Source of the DNA: an uncultured delta proteobacterium
GTDB lineage: Bacteria; Desulfobacterota; Syntrophobacteria; BM002
Direction of reading: 5' to 3'
Length of the DNA stretch: 64,000 nucleotides
Assembly: GCA_963712115.1 (NCBI GenBank)
Contig: CAVQGX010000031.1
Location: 96,001-160,000, forward strand
Under the pieces are notes generated by a model. It was given only the letters and a program-made list of their open reading frames with translations, searched no databases and was not told the DNA's origin. Positions 40,994-50,895 of this stretch are shown here, piece by piece. The position numbers and the translations under genes are program-made. Every line of letters starts with the position of its first letter. Position 1 is the first letter of the stretch.

Positions 40994-41755
40994 TTACTCT
41001 TCAGCCTTAATCTTTTTAATTATTTTCGGAATGAAAAATGAGAAGACAAACAACCCTATGGAGAAGAAGACTTTAAAGGACAGGAGCTCTCCCCAGTTTC
41101 CGGAAACCCAGACATCCTTGAGCGTCCCTATGAAGAAGGTGAAGATAAAAGTCCCCACGATGATGCCCAACCCTGTACCAAAAAAGTAATCCCAAAAACG
41201 CACTTTGGTGAGGCCCATGCCAAAATTCATCGGGGTGAAGGGAAAATAGACGAGCCGCAGATAGAGAGTCGTGGCAAAGCCGTTCCGCTCGATGGCATCG
41301 TCATATTTTTTGAGCTTATCTCCGATCAGAGAGGCGGCAAATTCTCTTCCAAGGGTGCGACCAATCCAAAAAGCTCCACTGGCCCCGGCCATGGCCCCAA
41401 ACCAGACATAGACAAAGCCCCAATAAGCCCCGAAAATGGCAGCGCCCAGCCCGGTTAGTAAAGTTCCAGGTAGGAAAAGACAAACCCCTGCGGCATAAAC
41501 AAAGACAAAAGCCAGAGGGGCCCAAAATCCGGCCGAATTAAGAAAATTTCCCAAGGCTTCGGCATTGAGATAACCTTTGGCCGGAGTGAATTTGACCAGG
41601 CAAATAGCTATTATAATAAAAGCCACAAATATAGATGCTTTTATCATGGCTTTTTTGCGATCTACCGTTGCAGACTCTATTGCTTGTTCCATGTTCTCTT
41701 TTCGAACTTCCATTGCTGTAGTTTGCGGTTTGTTTTCTTTTTCAGTACTCTTCAT
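40994..41755 (-). CDS. TVP38/TMEM64 (DedA-superfamily) membrane protein
   Basis: FLPGTLLTGLGAAIFG, AFWIGRTLG, LRLVYFPF. Confidence 0.88.
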   Translation of the reverse strand: MKSTEKENKPQTTAMEVRKENMEQAIESATVDRKKAMIKASIFVAFIIIAICLVKFTPAKGYLNAEALGNFLNSAGFWAPLAFVFVYAAGVCLFLPGTLLTGLGAAIFGAYWGFVYVWFGAMAGASGAFWIGRTLGREFAASLIGDKLKKYDDAIERNGFATTLYLRLVYFPFTPMNFGMGLTKVRFWDYFFGTGLGIIVGTFIFTFFIGTLKDVWVSGNWGELLSFKVFFSIGLFVFSFFIPKIIKKIKAEE

Positions 41756-41804
41756 TTTCTCTTTGCTCTATGTCGTAACCACAGCAGATAGATTACATTC
41801 AAAC

Positions 41805-42717
41805 CTAGCTCTCCTTGGCAGCCACCACTGCATGCCCACCGAATTCCCGCCGAAGGGCGGCGAGAACCCTATCCTCGAAGGCATCTTCCTTCCTCGATCT
41901 GAACCTGCTGAAAAGTGAAAGAGCTATAACCGGGGCTGATACTCCGCTCTCCACAGCCTGCTGCACGGTCCAACGCCCCTCCCCAGAGTCTTCCACGTAG
42001 CCACGTATCTTGGTCAGCCTTTCGTCCTTGCCAAAGGCTGCTTCCAGCAATTCCAGGAGCCAGGATCTAATAACGCTACCCTGGTTCCAGAGGTGAGCAA
42101 CCTGAGCATAGTTTAAGAAATTCACCGTAGGGCGAGCCCTCCAAAATGGCAAATCCTTCACCATAAGCCTGCATCATGCCGTACTCGATGCCATTGTGGA
42201 CCATCTTGACAAAATGGCCGGCACCAGTGGGACCACAATAAAGATAGCCTTCCTGGGGTGCAAGTGTTTTGAAAATGGGTTCCAGATAGTCGTAGACCTG
42301 CCGGTCCCCACCGGCCATGAGGCAATAGCCCACTTTAAGACCCCAGATGCCTCCACTCACTCCAACATCCACGAACTTGATTTTTTTCTCAGCGAGGAAC
42401 TCTCCGCGACGAATGTCATCCTTATAGTAAGTGTTACCCCCGTCGATTACGATGTCGTCAGGAGCAAGGAGCTCTTTGAGTTGTTCTAGATGGTCGTCAA
42501 CAGGTTTACCTGCGGGGAGCATGAGCCATACCGCCCGTGGCGGGGTCAGTTTTTCAACCAGTTCGGCGAGGGAAAAGCTACCTGTTGCTCCCTCTTTGAC
42601 AATCTCTTCTGTTTTTTCTGGGGTTCGGTTGTAGGCCACAACCTCATGGCCCCCCTGGAGAATCCTTTTCGCCATGTTCATTCCCATACGCCCCAATCCG
42701 ATCATTCCTACTTGCAT
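41805..42717 (-). pseudogene. gnd: Decarboxylating 6-phosphogluconate dehydrogenase (short form), one frameshift near 42113 (possibly sequencing error)
   Basis: GMIGLGRMG, IDGGN, GHFVKMVHNGIEYG, DSGEGRWT, RREFGGH; removing one A from an AAA run restores GEFLNYAQ. Confidence 0.9.
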
Positions 42718-42821
42718 ATCCCTCACTCCTTATTTGCCACTAGGCAGTAGGCACAACCTCCGAATATTTGGGCCTCGCCTTGTGCCTTGCGTTCTGAGCC
42801 CTATGCCCCATGCCCTATGCG

Positions 42822-44279
42822 CTATGCCTCTTCCCCACAGGCCCTACCTTTTAGATTAAAGAAAAACTTCAACCCTTTCCTCACCCTCTCCGAGAAGATT
42901 TTAGGGGAGAAAAAATTCCCCACTACTCTCTTGTTGATCTCACCAAGTGTGGGATAGGGGTGTACTGCAGAAGCCAAAGTAGAGAGTTTCATCTTGCCGT
43001 TCAAAACCGCTACCCATTCACTCAAGAGTTCACCAGCCTGAGGCCCCAGGATTTGTACTCCTATTGGCTTTTCTTTGCCGTCGAGAATCATTTTTATCTT
43101 TCCGACTCTCTCGCCCTCCGCCAGACTTCTGTCGTTGCCTTTGAACTCTTCGGTCCAGACCGAATACTTTACCCCGGCGGCCTCTGCCAACCTTTCGTTC
43201 ATGCCGATGCTCGCCAGCTCGGGATCTGTATAGGTACACCAAGGCAGAAAGGTATAGTCCACTTTTCTTGGCAGATGAAAAATGGCATTAGTAAAGACAA
43301 CGCCACCTTCATAACCCGCTGCATGGGTAAACTGATATTGTCCGGTAACATCTCCTGCGGCATAAATATGTTTTTGTTTGGTCCTCAACCTGTTGTCCAC
43401 CTGGATACCTTTACTACTGAACTCTATCCCCAGCCCTTCTAAACCTAAACCCTCAACATTAGCTACTCTGCCAAGAGCAACCAAAATCTTTTCCCCTCTA
43501 AGCTTGGTGATCTTGTTGCTGCCATTATTGATGGTCACCTCTCTCTCGTGACCCAGATCGTCAACCCTCAATATTGAGGAGTTTAGGTAGAATGTCACTC
43601 CCTCAGACTGCAAAACCTCCATGACCATGTCGGCCATGTCCCTGTCTTCTTTAGTCAAGATCTGATTGCTGCGCTGGACCACCGAAACCTTTGATCCCAA
43701 CCGGCAGAAGGCCTGTGCCATTTCTATACCAATTGGACCCCCACCCAAAATGATTAAGGATTTGGGTAATTGTTCTAAAGAGAAAATTTCTTTATTGGTG
43801 AGATATGGGGCTTGATCAAGCCCTTCTATGGGAGGGGCGGCCGGAGAAGAGCCGGTGGACAGAACCCAATTCTTTGCGCTAATGGTCTTTCCATTTAACC
43901 GAATGGAGTGTTCATCCACAAAGGTGGGATCGCCGAATTCCACCCTGGCCCCGAGATTACAGAATCTTTCCTCGGAATCATGCTCTTGAATAGTATCGAT
44001 AACCGACTGAATTCTCTTGGCCACTTGGCGAAAATCCACTGGAGGCGGATTCACCCCGGGAAGACCATAATCCTTGGAGTTCTTCATCAAGTGATAAACA
44101 TGAGCAGTTTTGATCAGAGTTTTGCTCGGTACGCAACCATAATGGAGACAGTCCCCACCAAGATTTTTCTCTTTTTCAATTAAAATAGTCTTGGCACCGG
44201 CCTGGGCCGCCCCGGCGGTGACGGTGAGACCAGCTGCGCCTCCCCCGATTACCCCGATGTCAAAATCATAACTAGCCAT
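42822..44279 (-). CDS. Pyridine nucleotide-disulfide oxidoreductase (dihydrolipoamide dehydrogenase/mercuric reductase-like family)
   Basis: GGGAAG, GGDCLHYGCVPSK redox Cys pair, HPYPTLGE. Confidence 0.88.
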   Translation of the reverse strand: MASYDFDIGVIGGGAAGLTVTAGAAQAGAKTILIEKEKNLGGDCLHYGCVPSKTLIKTAHVYHLMKNSKDYGLPGVNPPPVDFRQVAKRIQSVIDTIQEHDSEERFCNLGARVEFGDPTFVDEHSIRLNGKTISAKNWVLSTGSSPAAPPIEGLDQAPYLTNKEIFSLEQLPKSLIILGGGPIGIEMAQAFCRLGSKVSVVQRSNQILTKEDRDMADMVMEVLQSEGVTFYLNSSILRVDDLGHEREVTINNGSNKITKLRGEKILVALGRVANVEGLGLEGLGIEFSSKGIQVDNRLRTKQKHIYAAGDVTGQYQFTHAAGYEGGVVFTNAIFHLPRKVDYTFLPWCTYTDPELASIGMNERLAEAAGVKYSVWTEEFKGNDRSLAEGERVGKIKMILDGKEKPIGVQILGPQAGELLSEWVAVLNGKMKLSTLASAVHPYPTLGEINKRVVGNFFSPKIFSERVRKGLKFFFNLKGRACGEEA

Positions 44280-44304
44280 TGAATCCCCCTTCTCCCTGGC
44301 GCGA

Positions 44305-45060
44305 TTATGCACCATTCAAGGACCAATCATAGCTAAGATAAACTATCTTTAACTTGTCCTTTTGCGCCTGCAGCTCTTTTTTGAAATCCCCCTCACCGTA
44401 TTTCAAGAAAAAGCCAACAATGTCATCGTTGAAATCCTCGGCAAACCATTTAAATATCCTGCTCGCGTACAGCTTGCTGCCCTTTAGGTAATTGCTCTTG
44501 GGATCGTTTATGAATGCTCGCGCGGCATTATCAAGTTGCCGGTTTAGAGTGCTCCCCTCGTAGGGTTCAGAAATGAGAGGAGGACAGCTTTTGGATGCAC
44601 AATTGACGGCAAAATGAACCCGGGGATCCTTAAACTGGGCCCGCAGCTTCTTGTGCTCCACATCGTCTAGAGTTATGACATCACCCTTTATCCGCACTAT
44701 CTTCTTTTCCCAGGGAGTTTTGAAAATATTCCCTAAATCCTTGATCGATTTGATTCCTGGATAAGCACCGAGGATCAGTTTTATGGTCCAGGCATTGTAG
44801 GCGTTTACGTAAAAGGCAAACTGTTCATCTCGAGACAAGCTATTTACCTCGATATTCTCCAGGGCCTCCAGGTATTGGTCTAGCAGAGGTTCATCATTTT
44901 TGAAACCCTGATAATCCACCACCCCATCTTTTACGTATTTATTGAGGAGCTCGCCGTACAAGCTGTGATCCACCGCTTCCCCGGACCAGCCTGAGGGAGC
45001 CAAGTTAAACAATATACAAAATCCCAAAATAAATACTAAAATTGACTTGATGATTCTCAT
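44305..45060 (-). CDS. DUF547-domain exported protein
   Basis: AFYVNAYNAWT, DPRVHFAVNCASKSCPPL, YDWSLN. Confidence 0.9.
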   Translation of the reverse strand: MRIIKSILVFILGFCILFNLAPSGWSGEAVDHSLYGELLNKYVKDGVVDYQGFKNDEPLLDQYLEALENIEVNSLSRDEQFAFYVNAYNAWTIKLILGAYPGIKSIKDLGNIFKTPWEKKIVRIKGDVITLDDVEHKKLRAQFKDPRVHFAVNCASKSCPPLISEPYEGSTLNRQLDNAARAFINDPKSNYLKGSKLYASRIFKWFAEDFNDDIVGFFLKYGEGDFKKELQAQKDKLKIVYLSYDWSLNGA

Positions 45061-45157
45061 TTATAGCCTCACTCTCAACACCAATCCTAATTATCTCTTT
45101 GCCAAGCAAATTAAGACCTTTATCCGAAAGATCAATGGGGAGGTCCGAATCCCGCCT

Positions 45158-45366
45158 ACGGTTGCTGCCAATTCCACAGCAATTTCTCCCGCTTTTCAGT
45201 GATGCTTGCCAGCAATGGCCTTTTCAAATATGGTGGGATTTGAGGTGACTCCCCTCAACCATTTATCTACAAGCTTTTTGAGTTCGCCGGACGCAATAAA
45301 TGATCGGCCCATATAGTCAAGCCAGGTAGACTGGCCTAAATTTGCCAGTTCTTGCAATTTCGTCAT
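45158..45366 (-). pseudogene. tal: Transaldolase remnant with large internal deletion
   Basis: Manual translation [18 protein letters not shown]...[15 protein letters not shown] then stop at codon 57; adjacent frame [10 protein letters not shown] resembles the C-terminal helix; GGAGG RBS intact. Confidence 0.85.
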
Positions 45367-45603
45367 GTCGTCCTCCCATGAAACTAAATGTAATCTTAAA
45401 GAGTATATCCAACAATCAATATTGGTAGGTTTTTAGTCGATGTTTGGACGATTTTTTTACAGGAGACCAAATAGAGGCTAAAAGTTTCTCCCACAAATAT
45501 TATTTTTGCATCGATCTTCCAAGTTCAAAGCCGAAAACTGCTTGACACTCTTAAAAATAACGCAGAAATTGAGGAGAAAAAGTTGGAATGATGGAATAAT
45601 CGT

Positions 45604-47265
45604 ATGTTTGATAACCCCGAAAAGATGAAATGGTGGGGCTGGGGTCGTGAAGGAGAAAGTTACCCTATCCCAAACCCGCAGGGATTCTGGTCTTTTCTCG
45701 AACAAAAACTGGGCCCCCTTGAGCAATCGCCACGAGTTTCCTCCCTGAACGACATTTCACTGCCACCCTCTCGACTGACCTCAAAGGACCTGGAGGACTT
45801 AAGAGAATTATTCGGTGAGAGCGGTGTTACTACCGACGACGCAGACCGGATAATGCACTCTTTTGGTAAATCCTATGTTGATCTACTGCGAATTCGTCGA
45901 GGCACGGTGGAGAGTGGACCTGATGTCGTGGTCTTTCCCCAGAGTCAGGAGGAAATTCAGGACTTGCTTGGTCTGGCCTCCCATAGGCCTTGGGCTGTTG
46001 TACCCTTCGGCGGTGGGACTTCAGTGGTAGGTGGAGTGGAGGTTACAGGAACTGGTAAACCGTCGGTAACCCTTGATCTTAGGCGGATGAATCGCGTTCT
46101 GCACATCGATCGCACTTCCCACACTGCCGTGGTCCAGAGTGGAATTCTGGGACCGGCTCTGGAGAGAGAACTCAATGCTAATGGTTTTACCCTCGGCCAC
46201 TTTCCCCAATCTTTTGAATTCTCCACCCTGGGAGGGTGGGTTGCCACCCGCTCGGCTGGGCAGAACTCAACCAAGTATGGCAAGATTGAACATATGGTGG
46301 TTAGCCTTCGCCTTGTGAGTCCAACCGGTGTGTTGGACTCTCCCATAGTGCCGGCGGATGCTGCGGGGCCTTCTTTACTTCAATGTTTGATCGGCTCCGA
46401 AGGAGCATTGGGGGTTATTACGCAGGTTGTGGTACGAATTCACCCCTTGCCCCAAAATCGGGCCTTTGCCGCCTACCTGTTTCCTGATTTCGCCACCGGC
46501 GTGGATGCTGTAAAGAAGATGCTGCAAGCAGATCTTCGCCCGGCAGTGCTGAGGCTTTCCGATCCCCAGGAAACTGCCATGGCTCTATTGCTCACTCAAT
46601 CTCCCCGGCCATCACTCAAGGAACGACTGGGCCATTTTTATGTAAGGCTCAGGGGCTTTGATCTGCAAAATAGTGCACTTCTGTTGTTGATTTTTGAGGG
46701 ACCTGACAGCCTTGTCTCAGTGGCAAAAAGAGAGGCCCATAGACATGCTCGCTCAGGGCTTCATTTGGGCAGTCTTCCTGCCCGAAACTGGATGAAGGAA
46801 CGTTTTCGCCACCCTTATCTCCGCGATGATCTTCTGGACCGCTCTATTATGGTCGACACTCTGGAGACAGCTGCTCCTTGGCAAAAGCTTCCGGAATTAT
46901 ATGCAGCCGTGCGCCAGGCGCTCTCCGATGCACTCCTCTCCACTGCCCCTGGAGCGTTGGTCTTCAGCCATCTTTCTCACGGTTACCCTGATGGCGCTTC
47001 TTTGTATTTCACCTTTATGGCCAGGCAGCAACCTGGGCAAGAATTTGAACAATGGCAGAGCGTCAAAACCGCAGCCACCGAGGCAATCCTTAAACATGGA
47101 GGAGCCCTTAGCCATCACCATGGGATCGGCACTATGCATAGACTCTGGACAGCCGCCTATCTTGGAAAGGAAGGGTTGTCACTCCTGGCCGAACTGAAAA
47201 AGAAGATTGATCCCCAGAACATTATGAACCCGGGAAAATTGTTAAATGCTTCGTTTCAAAGCTAA
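45604..47265 (+). CDS. FAD-binding oxidoreductase, alkyl-dihydroxyacetonephosphate synthase-like
   Basis: KWWGWG, PFGGGTSV, GHFPQSFEFSTLGGW, GSEGALG, DTLETA, SHHHGIG, MNPGKL. Confidence 0.85.
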   Translation: MFDNPEKMKWWGWGREGESYPIPNPQGFWSFLEQKLGPLEQSPRVSSLNDISLPPSRLTSKDLEDLRELFGESGVTTDDADRIMHSFGKSYVDLLRIRRGTVESGPDVVVFPQSQEEIQDLLGLASHRPWAVVPFGGGTSVVGGVEVTGTGKPSVTLDLRRMNRVLHIDRTSHTAVVQSGILGPALERELNANGFTLGHFPQSFEFSTLGGWVATRSAGQNSTKYGKIEHMVVSLRLVSPTGVLDSPIVPADAAGPSLLQCLIGSEGALGVITQVVVRIHPLPQNRAFAAYLFPDFATGVDAVKKMLQADLRPAVLRLSDPQETAMALLLTQSPRPSLKERLGHFYVRLRGFDLQNSALLLLIFEGPDSLVSVAKREAHRHARSGLHLGSLPARNWMKERFRHPYLRDDLLDRSIMVDTLETAAPWQKLPELYAAVRQALSDALLSTAPGALVFSHLSHGYPDGASLYFTFMARQQPGQEFEQWQSVKTAATEAILKHGGALSHHHGIGTMHRLWTAAYLGKEGLSLLAELKKKIDPQNIMNPGKLLNASFQS

Positions 47266-48922
47266 ATACTATCAGGGGTCTTTTTCCCACAGAACAAGGG
47301 CGATTAACCTCCACAGAATGCAACGGGAGGAATTTGATCTTGCCGTGATTGGCGGTGGAGTCACTGGCACTGCTATAGCTCGAGACGGTGCCTTGCGAGG
47401 CATGAAAGTAGCTCTAATTGAAAAGGGTGACTTTGCCAGCGGCACTAGCAGCAAGTCTTCCAAAATGATCCACGGCGGCTTGCGTTACTTGAAACAGTTG
47501 GACATCGGTCTGGTAAAGGAATCGCTATCCGAAAGGGAGAGACTCCTTCACCTGGCACCCCACCTGGTTCATGCAGCTCCCTATTTGATACCTATGTATT
47601 CAGGTTGGAAAGGACGGCTTGAACACCAGATTGGCCTCTTTGGCTATGACCTCTTGGCAGGCGGCAGTTCCCTTCCTCGCCATAGCGACCTGTCCAGGGA
47701 AAAAACCTTAGAAGAAGAGCCACTGTTGAGGGAAGAGAATTTATCCGGCGGATTTATCTACTACGACTGTTTGGTGAATGATGCCCGGCTCACCTTGGCC
47801 TTAATAAAGTCCGCCCACGAACACGGAGCTTTGGTGGCAAATTATACTCAAGCCATCGGATTGAACACAGACAATGAGTCCTACAAGGAAGTTCGCTTTC
47901 GAGAGGTGATCACAGGGGGAGAAGGGATCATTCGGGCCCGAGTGATAGTGGCTGCTGTGGGTCCTTGGACCAGCGAACTCTTTGAACTACACCGCCTCTC
48001 AGGCCCTACTATACGTCCAACTAAGGGTGTCCATTTGGTCTTTCCCAGAGATCGACTGCAGGTGAATAAAATTGTGGTTTTGCCCACTGCAGACAAACGT
48101 ATGATTTTCGTTGTGCCTTTGGGCCAGTTTACCTACGTTGGCACCACGGATACCGACTACTCGGGTCCACTTGATAATGTTCTGGTGGAATCTGATGACG
48201 TATCCTACCTTCTGGCTGCTTTGAACAAGTGCTTCCCATCGCTGAATCTTGGCCCAGGAGACATCTTATCCACTTGGGCCGGACTCAGACCCTTGATAAT
48301 GGAAGAGGGAGACCCCTCCAAGGTAAGCCGTGACTATTATATTGGACTGTACGACGAGGGGATCGCGGTCATAGCCGGGGGCAAACTAACTACTCATCGC
48401 ACCATGGCAGAAAGCATCATCGATCAAGTGCTGGAGCGCTATGACCATCTTTTTGACGGTGACTTCAGGCCCTGCTCCACCGGTGAAGTGCCTCTAACGG
48501 GGGGGGAGATGAAAGATTTTCCGTCCTATCTCAGGGCCCAATCTCTGGGTCTCGAAGCTGGATGGGGCCTATCTCCAACCAACGTCGAGCACCTGATCCA
48601 CAGTTACGGCAGAAATCACATGCAAATACTGGCTCTAGGCCTCCAGGACCAAAAGCTTTTAAAACCACTCGGCCCTAACTGCCGTGTGGTTAGAGCCCAG
48701 GTAATCTATGGGGTGGAGGACGAGATGGCTCTTACCCTGGAAGACTTCATGAGCAGACGAACTGACCTGCTACATTTCAACGGTGAGGCAAAGTTGGAGA
48801 AGGTGGTGGCCAAGCTTATGGCAAAACCGTTGGGGTGGAGTCGCGCCCGTCGCAGAGCTGAAATTAAAAGATATCGACAACGAGTTCATGAGATGTTCCA
48901 TTTCAGGCGAGGCTTGTCATAG
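47246..48922 (+). CDS. glpD: FAD-dependent glycerol-3-phosphate dehydrogenase/oxidase
   Basis: IGGGVTG, DFASGTSSKSSKMIHGGLRYL, GTTDT, GGKLTTHR. Confidence 0.88.
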   Translation: MLRFKAKYYQGSFSHRTRAINLHRMQREEFDLAVIGGGVTGTAIARDGALRGMKVALIEKGDFASGTSSKSSKMIHGGLRYLKQLDIGLVKESLSERERLLHLAPHLVHAAPYLIPMYSGWKGRLEHQIGLFGYDLLAGGSSLPRHSDLSREKTLEEEPLLREENLSGGFIYYDCLVNDARLTLALIKSAHEHGALVANYTQAIGLNTDNESYKEVRFREVITGGEGIIRARVIVAAVGPWTSELFELHRLSGPTIRPTKGVHLVFPRDRLQVNKIVVLPTADKRMIFVVPLGQFTYVGTTDTDYSGPLDNVLVESDDVSYLLAALNKCFPSLNLGPGDILSTWAGLRPLIMEEGDPSKVSRDYYIGLYDEGIAVIAGGKLTTHRTMAESIIDQVLERYDHLFDGDFRPCSTGEVPLTGGEMKDFPSYLRAQSLGLEAGWGLSPTNVEHLIHSYGRNHMQILALGLQDQKLLKPLGPNCRVVRAQVIYGVEDEMALTLEDFMSRRTDLLHFNGEAKLEKVVAKLMAKPLGWSRARRRAEIKRYRQRVHEMFHFRRGLS

Positions 48923-49223
48923 GTTCTACTATACAGTCTACTATATCACTTTTATCTCTCGCAGAGTTCACAGAGCCACAGAGTCTAAATCTCGAAGTAA
49001 GAGGAGACAGTGGTCGACACGGTAGGATCACTCAAAGGCTTAGTGAGAATCCCTTGTGGCTTGGAATAAGCAAATTTATCCCATTCCACAAGGGATCCCC
49101 ACAACTACCGATGCGTTCGCATCGGTAGCCCCTGCTGCGCAGGGAACTTTGATCGATTTAGGGCGCACGCTATATTATTTTTTGGGAGCTCACCGAGGAT
49201 TCTGGAGAGCACAGGGGGCACAT

Positions 49224-49601
49224 ATGGAACTGAACCAGTTGTCGTCAAAAACCATCCAAGCTGCTATAGCAGTGCATAAGGAACTTGGACCAGGTTTACT
49301 GGAGTCTGTCTATCAAGCGTGCATGCTGATAGAACTGGAGAATATGGGGATTGAAGTCGAGTCCGAAGTTTATTTACCAATTATTTACCGCGGTAAGACG
49401 ATAGAAGGCCAAGCATTCCGTTTGGATCTCGTGGTAGAGGAAAAGGTTGTCTTGGAATTAAAATCAGTAAATAAAGTGGAACCAGTACACAAGAAACAGC
49501 TTCTAACCTATTTGCGTTTAGCAAACAAGCCACTTGGGTTGTTGATAAATTTTAACGAGCCTTTGCTAAAAGAAGGGATTACAAGAATAATCAATACCTA
49601 G
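49224..49601 (+). CDS. GxxExxY protein (PD-(D/E)XK nuclease superfamily)
   Basis: LGPGLLESVYQ, RLDLVVEEKVVLELKSV, QLLTYLR, GLLINF. Confidence 0.92.
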   Translation: MELNQLSSKTIQAAIAVHKELGPGLLESVYQACMLIELENMGIEVESEVYLPIIYRGKTIEGQAFRLDLVVEEKVVLELKSVNKVEPVHKKQLLTYLRLANKPLGLLINFNEPLLKEGITRIINT

Positions 49602-49739
49602 GATTGAACCTACTAGGCGGTCATACGGTTAATATATCACTCAGAGAACTCTCTTGAACTCTGTGGGCTCTAGCGAGTGGAACGAGCGGGCGAGAGATAT
49701 ATAAATCCCAAACTAATTAAGACAGGTTGATCTAGTATT

Positions 49740-50717
49740 ATGAACAGCCGAGAAAGATTTCTGCAGACCATGCGCTATGGCAAACCCGACCGTGTGCCTT
49801 ACTTCGAGGAAGGTATTCGCAGAGAAGTTCTCAGGTCCTGGCGGAAGCAGGGTCTACCAAGGGACGCTGATATTGCCCAGATGTTTCCCTCGGACCACCG
49901 CGAAGTGATAGAATTAGACCTCGAACCCCGTCCAAAATTCAGCAAGTGGCCCACATCGCGGTCCGATTTGAAGGAACTATTTCAACGGTTGATACCCTAC
50001 GGCCGTGGCCGTTTACCCAGGGGGTGGGCAAAAAGAGTCCAAAATTGGAAAAACCGAGATCATGTGCTGATGCTAAGGATTCACCGGGGCTTTTTCCTGT
50101 CCATGGGCGTTTACGACTGGCGCAGGTTTTCAGAATTGATGGATCTGCTTCTTGATGATCCTGAATTTGTCCGCGAGGCCATGGCGATCCAAGGTAAGTT
50201 TGCAGCAGGGTTGGCGGAACGGGTGCTGAAGGATGTTGCTGTGGACGCAGTCTTGTTCAGTGAGCCCATCGGCGGCAATTACGGCCCCCTGATATCACCC
50301 CAGATGTACGAGGACATGGTACTCAGGAGCTACGAGCCGGTTCTAAATGTCCTCAATGAGTATGGGGTAGAAACCATAGTTTTTGTGACATATGCGAATG
50401 CCCGGGTGCTGGTTCCAAGTATTCTTAAGTGGGGATTTAATTGCTTGTGGGCTTGCGAGGTTAACGTTGAAACGATGGATTATCGCGATCTTCGTAAGGA
50501 GTTCGGCCGTGATTTGCGCCTGATTGGCGGTATCGATCTTGACTCCCTCAGGCGGGATAAGGAAGCAATACGGAGGGAGGTGGAGGAAAAGGTTCCACCC
50601 CTGGTTGCCGCTGGGGGCTACGTGCCCCTGGCAGACGGACGGGTCCGCTCCGATGTCCCATATGAGAATTATGTGTATTATAGGGAGCTATTGCAGAAAG
50701 TCACACATGGTCAATAG
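49740..50717 (+). CDS. Uroporphyrinogen decarboxylase/MtaA-CmuA family protein
   Basis: MNSRERF...PDRVP, LISPQMY, LRLIGGID, GGYVP, VPYENY. Confidence 0.85.
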   Translation: MNSRERFLQTMRYGKPDRVPYFEEGIRREVLRSWRKQGLPRDADIAQMFPSDHREVIELDLEPRPKFSKWPTSRSDLKELFQRLIPYGRGRLPRGWAKRVQNWKNRDHVLMLRIHRGFFLSMGVYDWRRFSELMDLLLDDPEFVREAMAIQGKFAAGLAERVLKDVAVDAVLFSEPIGGNYGPLISPQMYEDMVLRSYEPVLNVLNEYGVETIVFVTYANARVLVPSILKWGFNCLWACEVNVETMDYRDLRKEFGRDLRLIGGIDLDSLRRDKEAIRREVEEKVPPLVAAGGYVPLADGRVRSDVPYENYVYYRELLQKVTHGQ

Positions 50718-50895
50718 GTCAATACGCTGCGCTGTCACTTGTTGTCGCTAGGTCGTTATTAATGGTGATAATGAATAGCACAATTAACTACAAATGACCA
50801 TAAATGACGGGCGCAGCCCAACTGACAACGAAGCGCCCTGGCGCAAAGTGTTATGACTTTTGTCTGCTCCTCCGATTGATAAATTAGAGACCCAT

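Noticed and set aside
42822-44279. Mercuric reductase MerA
   Set aside because: No C-terminal vicinal Cys-Cys pair, no N-terminal metal-binding domain and no mer operon.
45196-45198. TGA in tal read as selenocysteine/readthrough
   Set aside because: The downstream frame does not continue as transaldolase, and space to the next gene is far too short.
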